Shown here: one piece after another, positions 8,524-20,924 of the stretch
Numbering within the stretch: position 1 is the first letter of the stretch
How the letters are laid out: every line of letters begins with the position of its first letter
Source of the DNA: Candidatus Ratteibacteria bacterium
GTDB lineage: Bacteria; Ratteibacteria; UBA8468; B48-G9; DTJG01
DNA: 26,825 nucleotides
Direction: 5' to 3'
NCBI GenBank assembly: GCA_049971295.1
Contig: JBMFLH010000021.1
Span: 1-26,825 of the forward strand
Made by a program: the position numbers and the translations under genes
Notes under the pieces: generated by a model
Seen by the model: the letters and a program-made list of their open reading frames with translations, nothing else
Databases searched by the model: none
What the model was told of the DNA's origin: nothing

Positions 8524-9459
8524 CTATCCCACTGCTGCCATGCCTTTGAGAATTTTAATTCTTTTTTCAATAGGTGGATGCGTACTGAACATTTCTGCGA
8601 AAAACGATTCACTGTTGTTTATTTTTGAATTTCTCGGGTCTGCAATAAACAGATGCGCTGTCCCCACGCTTGCTCTGTCAACAACTTTATCGTAATGGCT
8701 TGATATTTTTTCAAGGGCTGAAGCCAGCGCAAGGGGGTTTCTGGTAAATTCAGCAGACGCCGCGTCAGCCATGTACTCTCGTGCTCTTGAAACAGCCAGC
8801 GCCATCAATCTTGCTATCAGTGGCGCAATAAGTGTGATAATAATGATTACCAGCAGCAAGAGTCCTGAAGAAGACGATGCTTTACCTGACCTCCTTGTCC
8901 TGCCAGAATAGAATATATTTCTTCTTGCCCATTCAGACAGAAGCACAATAGCTCCTGTAATGGCAGCAATCACTGTCATTGTCAATATATCGCGATTTCT
9001 GATATGGCCTAATTCGTGAGCAATCACACCCTGTAATTCCTCCCGGTTCATTGAATCAAGAAGGCCGGTGGTAACACACACAGAAGCGTGATTGGCATCC
9101 CTTCCTGTTGCAAAAGCGTTGGGTGATGCTTCTTCCATTACGTAGATATTTGGCACCTTTATCCCGGCAGCAATGGACATTTCTTGAACCACATTTACCA
9201 GCTGTTGCTCCTTAAAATTAGACACATCAGGTGCCCGGGCATTAACACTTGCCAGAACAAGCTTGTCTCCATAAAAATATGAAATCACACTATTGATGAT
9301 TGCGACGAAAACAGCAATGATTGTTGTAACAGGAAACTGGTTATGAAAAACCATCCTGTCAATTCCATAACCAATAATTCCAAGAAGAATAATAGATAGT
9401 GTTATAACAAAAAACGTTTTCCTTCCGTTGACTCGTTGCTGCTGGAAAAAGTCAATCAT
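8524..9459 (-). CDS. htpX: HtpX-like M48 family zinc metalloprotease
   Basis: 311 aa. PNAFATG, EELQGVIAHELGH (HExxH), SRAREYMAD, LASALEKI, FSTHPP; four TM segments; ATGA overlap with lemA. Confidence 0.93.
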   Translation of the reverse strand: MIDFFQQQRVNGRKTFFVITLSIILLGIIGYGIDRMVFHNQFPVTTIIAVFVAIINSVISYFYGDKLVLASVNARAPDVSNFKEQQLVNVVQEMSIAAGIKVPNIYVMEEASPNAFATGRDANHASVCVTTGLLDSMNREELQGVIAHELGHIRNRDILTMTVIAAITGAIVLLSEWARRNIFYSGRTRRSGKASSSSGLLLLVIIIITLIAPLIARLMALAVSRAREYMADAASAEFTRNPLALASALEKISSHYDKVVDRASVGTAHLFIADPRNSKINNSESFFAEMFSTHPPIEKRIKILKGMAAVG

Positions 9460-10013
9460 ATATCAAGGTTCACCTGTGGAACAGATTTTTCTGCCTCTGG
9501 TATTTCAAAAAATTCTTTTTTATCAAATGAAAACATGGATGCAATAATATTGCCGGGGAATTGCTGAATCTTTGTATTGTACTGCATCACTGAATCATTA
9601 TAATGTTGCCTGGCAAAAGCAATCTGATTTTCAGTTGTCGTCAACTGCTCCTGAAGATTTAACACATTCTGACTTGCCTTTAAATCCGGGTAATTTTCAA
9701 AAAGTGCGAATAACCTTGTCAAAAGCCCTGAGAGTTCTCCTTCTGCCTGAGCTATATCTCCCACTCCTTTTGCAGAAACAGCCTTATTTCTCGCCTCAAT
9801 AATTTTTGATAGAGTCTCCTGTTCATATTTCATATATCCCTTCACTGCATTAACAAGGTTAGGAATCAAATCATGTCTTCTTTTCAATTGTGTATCAATT
9901 TGCGCCCAGGCATTATCAACCTGTATCCTTGCGCGAACAAGAGAATTATAAAGCCCGATCACAAAGAAAACAAGTAATCCAAGAACTATAAAAAAAATTA
10001 TCAAACCAGCCAT
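9456..10013 (-). CDS. lemA: LemA family protein
   Basis: 185 aa. N-terminal TM, YNSLV, AWAQIDTQLKRRHDLIPNLV, ENYPDLKAS, TENQIAFARQHYN, FPGNIIA; GGAGGT SD. Confidence 0.97.
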   Translation of the reverse strand: MAGLIIFFIVLGLLVFFVIGLYNSLVRARIQVDNAWAQIDTQLKRRHDLIPNLVNAVKGYMKYEQETLSKIIEARNKAVSAKGVGDIAQAEGELSGLLTRLFALFENYPDLKASQNVLNLQEQLTTTENQIAFARQHYNDSVMQYNTKIQQFPGNIIASMFSFDKKEFFEIPEAEKSVPQVNLDI

Positions 10014-10023
10014 TTTTACCTCC

Positions 10024-10039
10024 GAATTTTATAAAATTC
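10024..10039. repeat. Perfect 16 bp palindrome between the nitroreductase stop and the lemA SD
   Basis: GAATTTTATAAAATTC equals its own reverse complement; flanked by CC (10022-10023) and CGG (10040-10042). Confidence 0.8.
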
Positions 10040-10044
10040 CGGCT

Positions 10045-10557
10045 TCATTGCCAGAAATCACGACATACCAGTTGTTTTAAATCCTTTCGTTTTTTTAACC
10101 CTGGCGTGTCTGCTGGATATCCAACAGGCGCAAGCGCAATTACATCAACTCCCTCAGGAATACGCAGAAGTTTTTTTGCTTCTGATGGATTAAATGCGCA
10201 TATCCAGCAAGTTCCAAGACCAAGGTCTGTCGCGGTGAGAATCATATGATCCATAGCAATTGCGCAATCAACATCAAGATGGTTTTTCCCGTCCCTACGA
10301 GTCCATGCTTCATTTTTAATCCCGCATATGGCAATCACCACAGGCGCCTGAACAAACCAGTCAGCATCATAAACCTTTCTCAGTTCACTCTCCTTACCCT
10401 TTGTACCAATTACAATAATTTTGTAAGGTTGCCTGTTGGCAGCAGAAGGAGCCATTCTTGCAGCCTGTAGAATTTTCTCAATTTTCCACTCTTCGACAGG
10501 AGTGTTTTTATACGCCCTGACACTATATCTGGCTGAAATCAATTTTTCAAATTCCAT
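10045..10557 (-). CDS. Nitroreductase family protein
   Basis: 170 aa. RYSVRAY, APSAANRQP, DCAIAMDHMILTATDLGLGTCWI, VGYP, RKDL. Confidence 0.95.
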   Translation of the reverse strand: MEFEKLISARYSVRAYKNTPVEEWKIEKILQAARMAPSAANRQPYKIIVIGTKGKESELRKVYDADWFVQAPVVIAICGIKNEAWTRRDGKNHLDVDCAIAMDHMILTATDLGLGTCWICAFNPSEAKKLLRIPEGVDVIALAPVGYPADTPGLKKRKDLKQLVCRDFWQ

Positions 10558-10592
10558 AATGTACCCCTTTGGTCTTTGGAATCAGTATACCC

Positions 10593-10612
10593 TTTTCGTA
10601 ATATCACGAAAA
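10593..10612. promoter_or_regulatory. Near-perfect 20 bp inverted repeat (candidate operator) in the nitroreductase-lemA-htpX promoter region
   Basis: TTTTCGT-AATATC-ACGAAAA. It lies between minus-strand TTGACT (10628-10623) and TATACT (10589-10584). Confidence 0.5.
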
Positions 10613-10696
10613 TCTGTAAATAAGTCAAACCCGCAGATATCTCAGACAACCTTTATATATAATACAGAATATCCCGAGATTTCACAAATCCAGAAT

Positions 10697-10951
10697 TTCA
10701 TTCTGAACACTGGACCAGGAACATTTTCCCATGGACAGGTATACGTGGGATTGAGCAGGGGTGTATCTCTTGATGGATTTGTGCTGAAAAGGAAAATAAG
10801 AAAAAGGGAGATTTTCATTGACTGGGATGTTGTGGATTTTATGACTTCTTATAGACACGCACTTTCTGAGTCCACAATGCCTTCGGAGGAAAAGATGAAA
10901 CTAATAAAAGAAGCCATTTCAACAGCAAGAGAATTAGAGATTGAGTATTTT
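10697..10951 (+). pseudogene. Gene remnant: C-terminal motif of a PIF1/RecD-like SF1B helicase, linker, and start of a WYL-like domain
   Basis: Within ORF 10436-11023: ILNTGPGTFSHGQVYVGLSRGVSLDGFVL matches PIF1 motif VI (F-x-x-GQ-x-YVALSR-x-x-SL-x-GL). It is followed by KLIKEAISTARELEIEY, resembling a WYL domain start. No Walker A/B and no rest of WYL; the ORF ends overlap antisense genes. Confidence 0.75.
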
Positions 10952-10990
10952 ATAAGGGCACTGAATGTTTCCCCATCTTTGACTGATATG

Positions 10991-11782
10991 TTATTCTCTT
11001 TCTCTGGCAATGCCCCTTTCTGAAGAAATAATAAATCTTATAATTTCCTCAACCTCTGGCACAGATGCAAATTGCGACTTTAATTTTTCTATCACCTGCT
11101 CAATAATCAGATTGCTGCGAAAAATGATTTTATATGCGTCCTCAAGAATAGAAATCACCTCATGAGAAAAACCCCTTCTTTTTAATCCAATGGTATTTAT
11201 GCCGTGTGGTCTGGCAGGGTGTCCATCCGCAGTAATAAACGGGATAATATCCTTTGTAATTTTGGAACAACCGCCAACAATTGCGTGCTTTCCGATTCTT
11301 GAAAACTGATGTATTCCAACCAGGCCGCCAATAATGGCATAGTCATCTATAAAAACATGACCCGCTATTGTCGCCGCATTTGCTATAATACAATTGTTTC
11401 CAATCACACAGTTATGAGCTACATGAACATATGCCATAAGTAGATTGTTGTCACCTAAACTGGTGAACTGGTTTTCACCTGTGGCAGTGTTGATAGTAAC
11501 AAACTCCCGGATTGTATTGTTGTTGCCAATCCTTACAAAAGATGTTTCGCCCCTGTACTTCAAATCCTGCGGTGGATTCCCGATTGCTGCCGATGTATAA
11601 ATTTTACAATTGTTCCCCAGTTCAACATTAGCACCTATGTGAACCATAGGACCTATGAAACAATCCGAACCAATCTTTGCTCTGCCCTCTATTATTGCAT
11701 AAGGACCTATGGAAGTATGCTCTCCAATCTCTGCCTGACTGGAAACAATTGCTGTTGGATGTATGACTGGCATCTTGATCAT
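10991..11782 (-). CDS. lpxA: Acyl-ACP--UDP-N-acetylglucosamine O-acyltransferase
   Basis: 263 aa. IHPTAIV, hexapeptide repeats, PQDLKY, IREFVTI, HVAHNC, AGHV, HQF, GLKRRGF, RGI. Confidence 0.97.
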   Translation of the reverse strand: MIKMPVIHPTAIVSSQAEIGEHTSIGPYAIIEGRAKIGSDCFIGPMVHIGANVELGNNCKIYTSAAIGNPPQDLKYRGETSFVRIGNNNTIREFVTINTATGENQFTSLGDNNLLMAYVHVAHNCVIGNNCIIANAATIAGHVFIDDYAIIGGLVGIHQFSRIGKHAIVGGCSKITKDIIPFITADGHPARPHGINTIGLKRRGFSHEVISILEDAYKIIFRSNLIIEQVIEKLKSQFASVPEVEEIIRFIISSERGIARERE

Positions 11783-13104
11783 TAACCATCGACAAGTGCA
11801 AACATTAGAATCGCTTCACATACAACCTTATCATCCACATATGCTTTACCCTGAACTTGTCCAAATCTGCTTTTCAGTTTGCTCACTTCCACCTTCATCA
11901 CCAATTGGTCTCCAGGCCTGACAGCGCGACGGAACTTTGCCTGTTCGATACTGGTGAAAAAAGCAAGCTTTCCCTGATTTTCTTTTTTGCTGAGCATCAA
12001 AACGCCAGCTGCTTGAGCAATGGCTTCTACAATCAAAACACCTGGCATAACAGGTCTTCCTGGAAAATGTCCCTGAAAAAACCATTCATTCATTGAAACA
12101 TTTTTTATGCCTATAATTCTTCTGTCTTCTTCAAGTTCAATAATTCTGTCCACAAGAAGAAAAGGAAATCTGTGCGGAATAATTTTCTCAATATCATCTA
12201 TTTCAAGAACCGGTTTTCTTTTTTCAATCCCTGTACTGGAACTGACATAAACAGCGCTTACTTTTTCCTTCTGCAAAAGATTTCTCAAACTTTTCACAAG
12301 TTTCGTGTTTAAGGCATGTCCGCTTCTAATTCCAATAATATGGGCTTTAAGCGGCATTCCAAGTAATGCAAGATCTCCAATCAGATCGCATATTTTATGC
12401 CGTACTGGCTCATTTGGAAATCTGAATTTATTATTAATAACGCCTTTTTCACCAATTACGACGGTGTTGTTGAAATCAGACCCCTTACCAAGACCAATGC
12501 TTTTAAGTTTTTCAACCTCTTCTTCGAGACAGAATGTTCTGGCAGGCGCTATTTCTTTCGCATATAAATCAGGAGTAATTTCAAAAGATGCATACTGAGA
12601 CTTAATAAGCGAATTCGGATAATCAAGTGTGTATGAAATTTTCAATGTATCAGAAGGAAGTGCCACTATGTGAGAAGAGTTTTCAGAAATATAAATTGGC
12701 TCTTTTACCCTGTAAAAATTCTTTGCTTCATTTTGTTCAATAATACCGGCCTCAAGAAATTTCTGAACAAAAATTAAGGCGCTTCCATCCAGACCGGGAC
12801 ATTCAATGCCATTGATTTCAATAATAAGATTATCAATCCCCAATCCGTATATTGCTGACATTAAATGTTCAATTGTGTGAACATGAACAGTTCCATTTGA
12901 AATTGAGGAACGCCTGGGATATTTTTCAACATCAAGCAATGAATTGATGTCGGCCTTTATTGCTGTAGTGTCAGGTATATTTTTTCGCAGAAAAATAATT
13001 CCAGTGTTTGCTGGAGCTGGCTGTATGGTGATGGATACTTTTTCTCCTGTATGCAGGCCAATCCCTTCAATTGAAAACGGATGCTCAATTGTCTTCTGAT
13101 TCAT
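11782..13104 (-). CDS. lpxC: Bifunctional LpxC-FabZ (UDP-3-O-acyl-GlcNAc deacetylase / 3-hydroxyacyl-ACP dehydratase)
   Basis: 440 aa. LpxC part: GIGLHTG, TIEHLMSA, DGSA, APARTF, HKICDLIGDL, SGH. FabZ part: PHRFPFLLVD, FQGHFPGRPVMPGVLIVEA, FRRAVRPGDQL. Confidence 0.97.
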   Translation of the reverse strand: MNQKTIEHPFSIEGIGLHTGEKVSITIQPAPANTGIIFLRKNIPDTTAIKADINSLLDVEKYPRRSSISNGTVHVHTIEHLMSAIYGLGIDNLIIEINGIECPGLDGSALIFVQKFLEAGIIEQNEAKNFYRVKEPIYISENSSHIVALPSDTLKISYTLDYPNSLIKSQYASFEITPDLYAKEIAPARTFCLEEEVEKLKSIGLGKGSDFNNTVVIGEKGVINNKFRFPNEPVRHKICDLIGDLALLGMPLKAHIIGIRSGHALNTKLVKSLRNLLQKEKVSAVYVSSSTGIEKRKPVLEIDDIEKIIPHRFPFLLVDRIIELEEDRRIIGIKNVSMNEWFFQGHFPGRPVMPGVLIVEAIAQAAGVLMLSKKENQGKLAFFTSIEQAKFRRAVRPGDQLVMKVEVSKLKSRFGQVQGKAYVDDKVVCEAILMFALVDG

Positions 13105-14155
13105 TTTTCTGTTTTTGTAGTTTTTTTTCTAATTGCGCAATCCGTTTTTCCATCTCAGTGATTCGCTTGAAAATTTCAGGGGACCTGCGAAGATAGGCGG
13201 CACACTTCATATCTTCCCATTTTTCTCTGGCAGGAAATCCAGAAACATTTGCATTGGGTGGTACATTCTTTGTAACGCCTGCCTTGCCACCTATAATTGC
13301 GTTGTCGCCCACTTCTATGTGGCCGATGAGTCCTGCCTGACCCGCGATAATCACATTCTTGCCAATTCTGGTACTTCCAGAAATTCCAACCTGCGCCACT
13401 ATAATGGTATTATCACCGATAACAACATTATGGGCTATCTGGACAAGATTATCTATTTTTACGCCATTGCCAATGTAAGTTTTTTCAAATCTCGCCCTGT
13501 CAATGGTAACATTTGAACCTATCTCAACATCATCCCCGATCTCAACAGTACCTATCTGAGGAATTTTGTGGTGAACTCCCTTCACAGTGGCGAAACCAAA
13601 TCCATCTCCGCCAATTACTGTTCCTGAATGAATGTTAACTCGGTTCCCTATAGTAATTCTTTCTCTGATAATCACATGCGGGTATATAAAACAGTCATCT
13701 CCTATTTTTGTATAATGCCCCACGTATCCGCATGCACCGATTACTGTCCTATCACCAATAGCTGCATTATCTTCAATTACAGTATAGGGTTGAATGGAAA
13801 CATCTTTCCCAAGCTTAACATTTTTTCCAATCACTGCTGTTGGGTGTATTCCTGGTTTAAATTTTACAGGTTCAGGCCCTATTAAACCGATGATCCTTGA
13901 AAACGCAAGTGAAGGATTTTCCACCTTGATAAGGGTAATGTCAGAATTCACTGAATAGTGATTATTTTTTGAAACAATTACAGCACTTGCCTGGGTTGAT
14001 TTTAAAAGCACAAGATACTTTGGATTTGCAACAAATGTTACTGACCCCTTTTTCGCTTCCTTAATCCCTGAAACATCAGTGATTACAGTGTCAGGGTCTC
14101 CAACAATTTCTCCGCCCACTAACTGGGCGATTTCCTTTACTGTCATTTTAAACAT
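13085..14155 (-). CDS. lpxD: UDP-3-O-(3-hydroxyacyl)glucosamine N-acyltransferase
   Basis: 356 aa. TFVANPKY, IHPTAVI, DGFGFA, KIPQIG, TIDRA, KIDNLVQIAHNV, GHI. Confidence 0.97.
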   Translation of the reverse strand: MFKMTVKEIAQLVGGEIVGDPDTVITDVSGIKEAKKGSVTFVANPKYLVLLKSTQASAVIVSKNNHYSVNSDITLIKVENPSLAFSRIIGLIGPEPVKFKPGIHPTAVIGKNVKLGKDVSIQPYTVIEDNAAIGDRTVIGACGYVGHYTKIGDDCFIYPHVIIRERITIGNRVNIHSGTVIGGDGFGFATVKGVHHKIPQIGTVEIGDDVEIGSNVTIDRARFEKTYIGNGVKIDNLVQIAHNVVIGDNTIIVAQVGISGSTRIGKNVIIAGQAGLIGHIEVGDNAIIGGKAGVTKNVPPNANVSGFPAREKWEDMKCAAYLRRSPEIFKRITEMEKRIAQLEKKLQKQKNESEDN

Positions 14156-14160
14156 TTCCT

Positions 14161-14697
14161 TTACTTTGTTTCTTTGTTCAAAAATTTCACAATCTGTTCT
14201 GTAATATCTGTTCCTTCAGGACCATAAAACACCGCTTGAGAGTTTAATATAAAGTCATACTTTTCTTTAATCGCAAATGCCTTTATGGCATCCTGAATTT
14301 CTTTTAATCTTGCTTCAATTAGTTGATTTTTTTTCTCGTCAAGTTTTTGATTGGCAGCGCCAACGAAATTATAAAACTCCTGCTGTAATTTCTGAATTTC
14401 TTCTTCAGTTTTCTTTTTTTCTTCTGGCTTTAAAACATCTTTCTGTTTTTCATAAGATTCCTGCGCTTTTCTGAGTTCTTCCTGTTTTTTTGCGATTTCC
14501 TTCTGCTGAGAATCTTTCTCTTTTTCAAACTCAGTTCTGCTTTCAGCAGTCTTTTTATACTGGTCAAATACCATTTCAAGATTTACATATCCTATTTTAA
14601 CCGAACGCGCCTCCTTTGATGCTGTGGCTGAAAAAACATAACCGGCAAAACATAGCGCTGCCATTGCTACCACACCTAACTTCAATAATACTTTCAT
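14161..14697 (-). CDS. skp: OmpH/Skp periplasmic chaperone
   Basis: 178 aa. Signal peptide, KIGYVNL, long charged coiled coil, YDFIL, DITEQIVKFLN; located between bamA and lpxD. Confidence 0.93.
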   Translation of the reverse strand: MKVLLKLGVVAMAALCFAGYVFSATASKEARSVKIGYVNLEMVFDQYKKTAESRTEFEKEKDSQQKEIAKKQEELRKAQESYEKQKDVLKPEEKKKTEEEIQKLQQEFYNFVGAANQKLDEKKNQLIEARLKEIQDAIKAFAIKEKYDFILNSQAVFYGPEGTDITEQIVKFLNKETK

Positions 14698-16932
14698 ATT
14701 TTTTCTCCTTTTCTGTTTTAAAATCCCATCGTAAAACCTATATGAAACTGTCCTTTACTCTGATATGATTCAGGATTAATTGCCCATCCATAATCCAATT
14801 GTATCGGCACTGGCAGTATGGGAACCTTTATCCTTAACCCCACTCCTGCACCGTATTTTAGATCGCCAAAGTCAAAATCGTTTTCCCATACATTGCCTGC
14901 ATCGTAAAATGCAACAAGCCAGAGAATTTCATTTTCTCCTGATAAAGGATACAACAATTCAAGATTTTGTGCAAATATTGACTTTCCTCCAAGGTAATGT
15001 TTACCATCAACACTCCTTGGACCAAGTTCTCTTTCCTTGTATCCTCTTACAGTGCCAATTCCTCCCCCAAAAAATCTTTCATATAGAGGAACTTCTTTTG
15101 TTGAGCCCAGACGATTCACTGAACCTGCATAGGTCTTGCTATGAAAAACAAATTTTCCAAAACTTTTGTAATAGTCGTTTTCAACTGTTGCCTTCAAGTA
15201 TTCAAGGTCGCTACCGAGAAAAGAAGCGGCATACTCACAGGAAAGTTGTAACCGGTCTCCGTCTTTTGGCATAATCCTTCTGTCAAGATTTTGAAATCCA
15301 AAAGTTGCTGTCACACTATTTACCCTGTTGGTTCCTGCCTGTGACTGAAATTCGGGTATCTGAATACCACTCAATTCAATCTCATCAGTCATTACCTTAC
15401 ATCCTATTGAAAAATTCTCCCATCTTCTACCTATTCTTATGTCAAAACCATTATGTTTTTCAGTATAGTCATCCCAGGACCTATCAGTGATAAAAATATC
15501 AGGACCAAATGAAATAGGCCTGTCAAAAAGATATGGCTCAGTAAAACTAAAAACAAAATGTCTTGTCACACCGCCTATCGTTGCTTCAAGGTTTATGTTC
15601 TGGCCAGCTCCTCTGAAATGAGGTGGGTCTGTAATATCAAAATTTCTCTGTTGAAGCCCTATAAATCCAATACCCTTTTCAAGTGAACTGTAACCGGCAC
15701 CAAATGTAAACATCCCTGTTCTTTCTCTATCTTTCACTCTTACATCGATGTTCACCAGTTTTTCATCTTCTGTTGGTTCTGGTTTGATTTCAATCTCATC
15801 AAAAAACTGAAGGTCAGAAAGATTGTTAAAACTTTTTCTTAATTTTTCTCCAGAAAATTCATCCCCTGGATAAATTGCCATTTCGCGTCTTATTACCTTG
15901 TCCTTTGTAATCGTATTACCGCTAATATTGATTTCATTAACATATACCTTGTTGCCAGGATTAATCGTAATTGAAAAATTTATCCGTGAATCGCTCATTT
16001 CAGGCACTGGTACGATTTCCGGCCTTATATAACCTGAATCTGAATACATTCGACGAATATTTGACAATGTTTTGTCAAACTTCATCTGAGAATAAACATC
16101 TCCCTCGCGATATTCAACAAGTTTTTTTATTTTATTTATGTCAAAAATAAGCGTGCCAGAAAATTCTGTTTTCCCAAAATAAAACTTTTCTCCTTCCTTT
16201 ATAACAATATCAATGACAACCATTTTGTTTTCAATTGAAACTTTCTTATCTATGGTACAATCAGGATAACCGCTGTTATGGTAAAACTCTTCAAGTCGTT
16301 TTATATCATCGTCAAGAATTTCGGGCTTAAAAGTTCCCCTAATAAATGGCATTTTTCTCTGTTTGATCTTCATTTTCTTTCTCAACATTGAAGAATCGAA
16401 CGCATTATTACCTGAGAAATTAATTGCACCAACATATGATTTTCCTGCTCCTTCACGGATGTTAAATGTTACAATCACTCTACCTTTGGCAACCGGCTGT
16501 GTTGTGGCAGAAATTTCAGTAAAATAGATTCCTTTTTCTTCGTATTTCTGTTTCAATCGTGCTGTTGCCTTTTCGATTAACGCATCACTGTAGTAATCTC
16601 CCTTTTTTATTTCCACATTTTTTTCAAGCTCTGCTTTTTTGAAAATTCTTGCACCAGTGAATATAATTCCTTCAATCTGGGGATTTTCTTCAACAAAAAG
16701 GGTGATATCAAGACCCTTTTCAGTTTCTTTTATTTCGTATTTTACTGAAGAAAAATATCCTGTATCCATCAAGGATTGAATATCTCTTTTCCAGAGTTGT
16801 TCGTCGAAAAGACTCTGTGGCTTTGTTCTTAACATTAAAATTATTCTTGTCGATGAAACTGTTGTATTTCCTTTAATGGTGATACTGGAAACAGTGTTGG
16901 TATCTGAGTAAAGAAAAACCGGTAAGATAATG

Positions 16933-19441
<2,509 letters not shown>

Positions 19442-19449
<8 letters not shown>

Positions 19450-20479
19450 ACACGTTCCTCAGTTCATCTCGTAATATATTCAATCTGAAGATATCTCTTT
19501 GTACCGCATCCATCTCTATCTCTGCCTCTAACTGTAGAGAAGCAGGTAGAATTCTATAAAACAATTTTTTCAACGTTATTCCATTCATATTTATAATACC
19601 TAAATTTTTTCCAAAAAGCAAAAGAGAAAGACCTTTTATTGAATTAGATGAGCTAATTCCTTTTTCATTTTCAAAGATTCTGTTCAGAAACCTAACAATT
19701 TTTCTTTTAATCGCCACCCGTTCAATCATGCGCATTGACATCAATTCGTGTTTTCTTATTGTGCGTGATACAGATTCAAAATCCCGGCATAGTTCAATCT
19801 CCTGTTTTCCCAAAGCAGGTCCAGTGGCAATCTGGTACACATCTGCAATACTTCTTGAACCCTCTCCATAAAATCCTCTGATGACGCAGCCAATCTGTGA
19901 AATGACCCCAAACACCAGTTTGATTTTTCCGGTCATTTTCAATGCCGGCAAAAAAATTAATGAAGACACTCTCAACGCAGGTCCCACATTTGTTGGACAG
20001 CACGTAAGATATCCAAATTCTCTATCAAATGCGTAATCAAAATGCCTTGATAAAATATTGTCAACGTGGTTCAATGTATTCCATAAATTGTAGAAATTTT
20101 CGTTTCCACCGTAGACAGATATTCTGAGATGATCTTCTTCATTTACAAAAATTCGCAATCTCATTTGAGGAAACCATATTAGAATTTTTCCAAAACCATG
20201 CTCTGCCATTTCTGGACTTATAATATGCCGCTCGATGAGAACATTTTTGGTTAAATAGTCTGTATCTGTCATAGAAATAATTACAGGTGTTTCATCGGCA
20301 ATATCGGCAGAAACATCAATCACTTCTCTTGCAAGGTGCATTGCCTGTTTCTCATCCATCTGGTGCGGAAATGGATATTTTTTAATATTTCGAGCAAGCC
20401 GCAATCTCGCTGTAAAACATGTTGATTCTTCGCTCAAAACTGGCTCTCTTAACACCAGATTTTTTAGTTGTTTATCCAT
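19442..20479 (-). CDS. mcsB: Protein-arginine kinase McsB (divergent)
   Basis: RLRLARN, LIERHIIS, VNEEDHLR, GYLTCCPTNVG, RGFYGEGS, C-terminal RDIFR; located between mcsA and clpC. ATG 20479, overlapping the mcsA stop, is preferred over TTG 20497. Confidence 0.9.
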
Positions 20480-20921
20480 TCCCGATAAATACCTCAATTT
20501 CTTTTTTAATTTTTTTCACCAGTTCAATGTCCTGCTCTGCAACCGCGCGCCTCATTTCATTTTCAAAATATAATAGTAAGTCTCTGTTAATATTTTCGCT
20601 ATGAGGAATTTTGCCCCTGTGGAATGAACCATAGTGATATTTTTTAATTTCCTTTTTTATATAAGATCTGAAAGTTTGATAGCAACTTGCGCAGCCCGCA
20701 ACCCGTGATTGTTTCCATTCTTCCAGCGTCGTACCGCAGAATGGGCAACTTTTCTGCTTAAAAGAAATTCTATTTCGCTGGAATGTTTCAAAAATCACTT
20801 TTATCTCAGGGTTGTTCCTTGCGCAATCGGGGCAATAACAACCGCTGATGGTTTTCCCGCCCGCAGAAATTTCCATATAAAAAAATCTCGCGGTGTTTTT
20901 ACCGCAGGATGTGCAAATCAT
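20472..20921 (-). CDS. mcsA: McsA-like zinc-finger activator of protein-arginine kinase
   Basis: 149 aa. Four CxxC (CTSC, CPDC, CPFC, CASC), GCASCYQTF, HRGKIP, degenerate C-terminal UVR helix. Confidence 0.9.
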   Translation of the reverse strand: MICTSCGKNTARFFYMEISAGGKTISGCYCPDCARNNPEIKVIFETFQRNRISFKQKSCPFCGTTLEEWKQSRVAGCASCYQTFRSYIKKEIKKYHYGSFHRGKIPHSENINRDLLLYFENEMRRAVAEQDIELVKKIKKEIEVFIGNG

Positions 20922-20924
20922 CTT

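Noticed and set aside
8524..10013. lemA-htpX pairing as a new system
   Set aside because: This is a widely conserved, already described gene pair.
10629..10700. Imperfect duplication CCGCAGATATCTCAGAC / CCCGAGATTTCACAAAT (PQISQ/PEISQ)
   Set aside because: Two short degenerate copies only; too weak to call a repeat element or an insertion end.
10436..11023. 195 aa ORF as an intact gene
   Set aside because: Its start is antisense inside the nitroreductase gene and its end overlaps lpxA; only 10697-10951 looks protein-like, so it is treated as a remnant.
11782..13104. LpxC-FabZ fusion as a novelty
   Set aside because: This fusion is well known, for example in Bacteroidota and Chlorobi.
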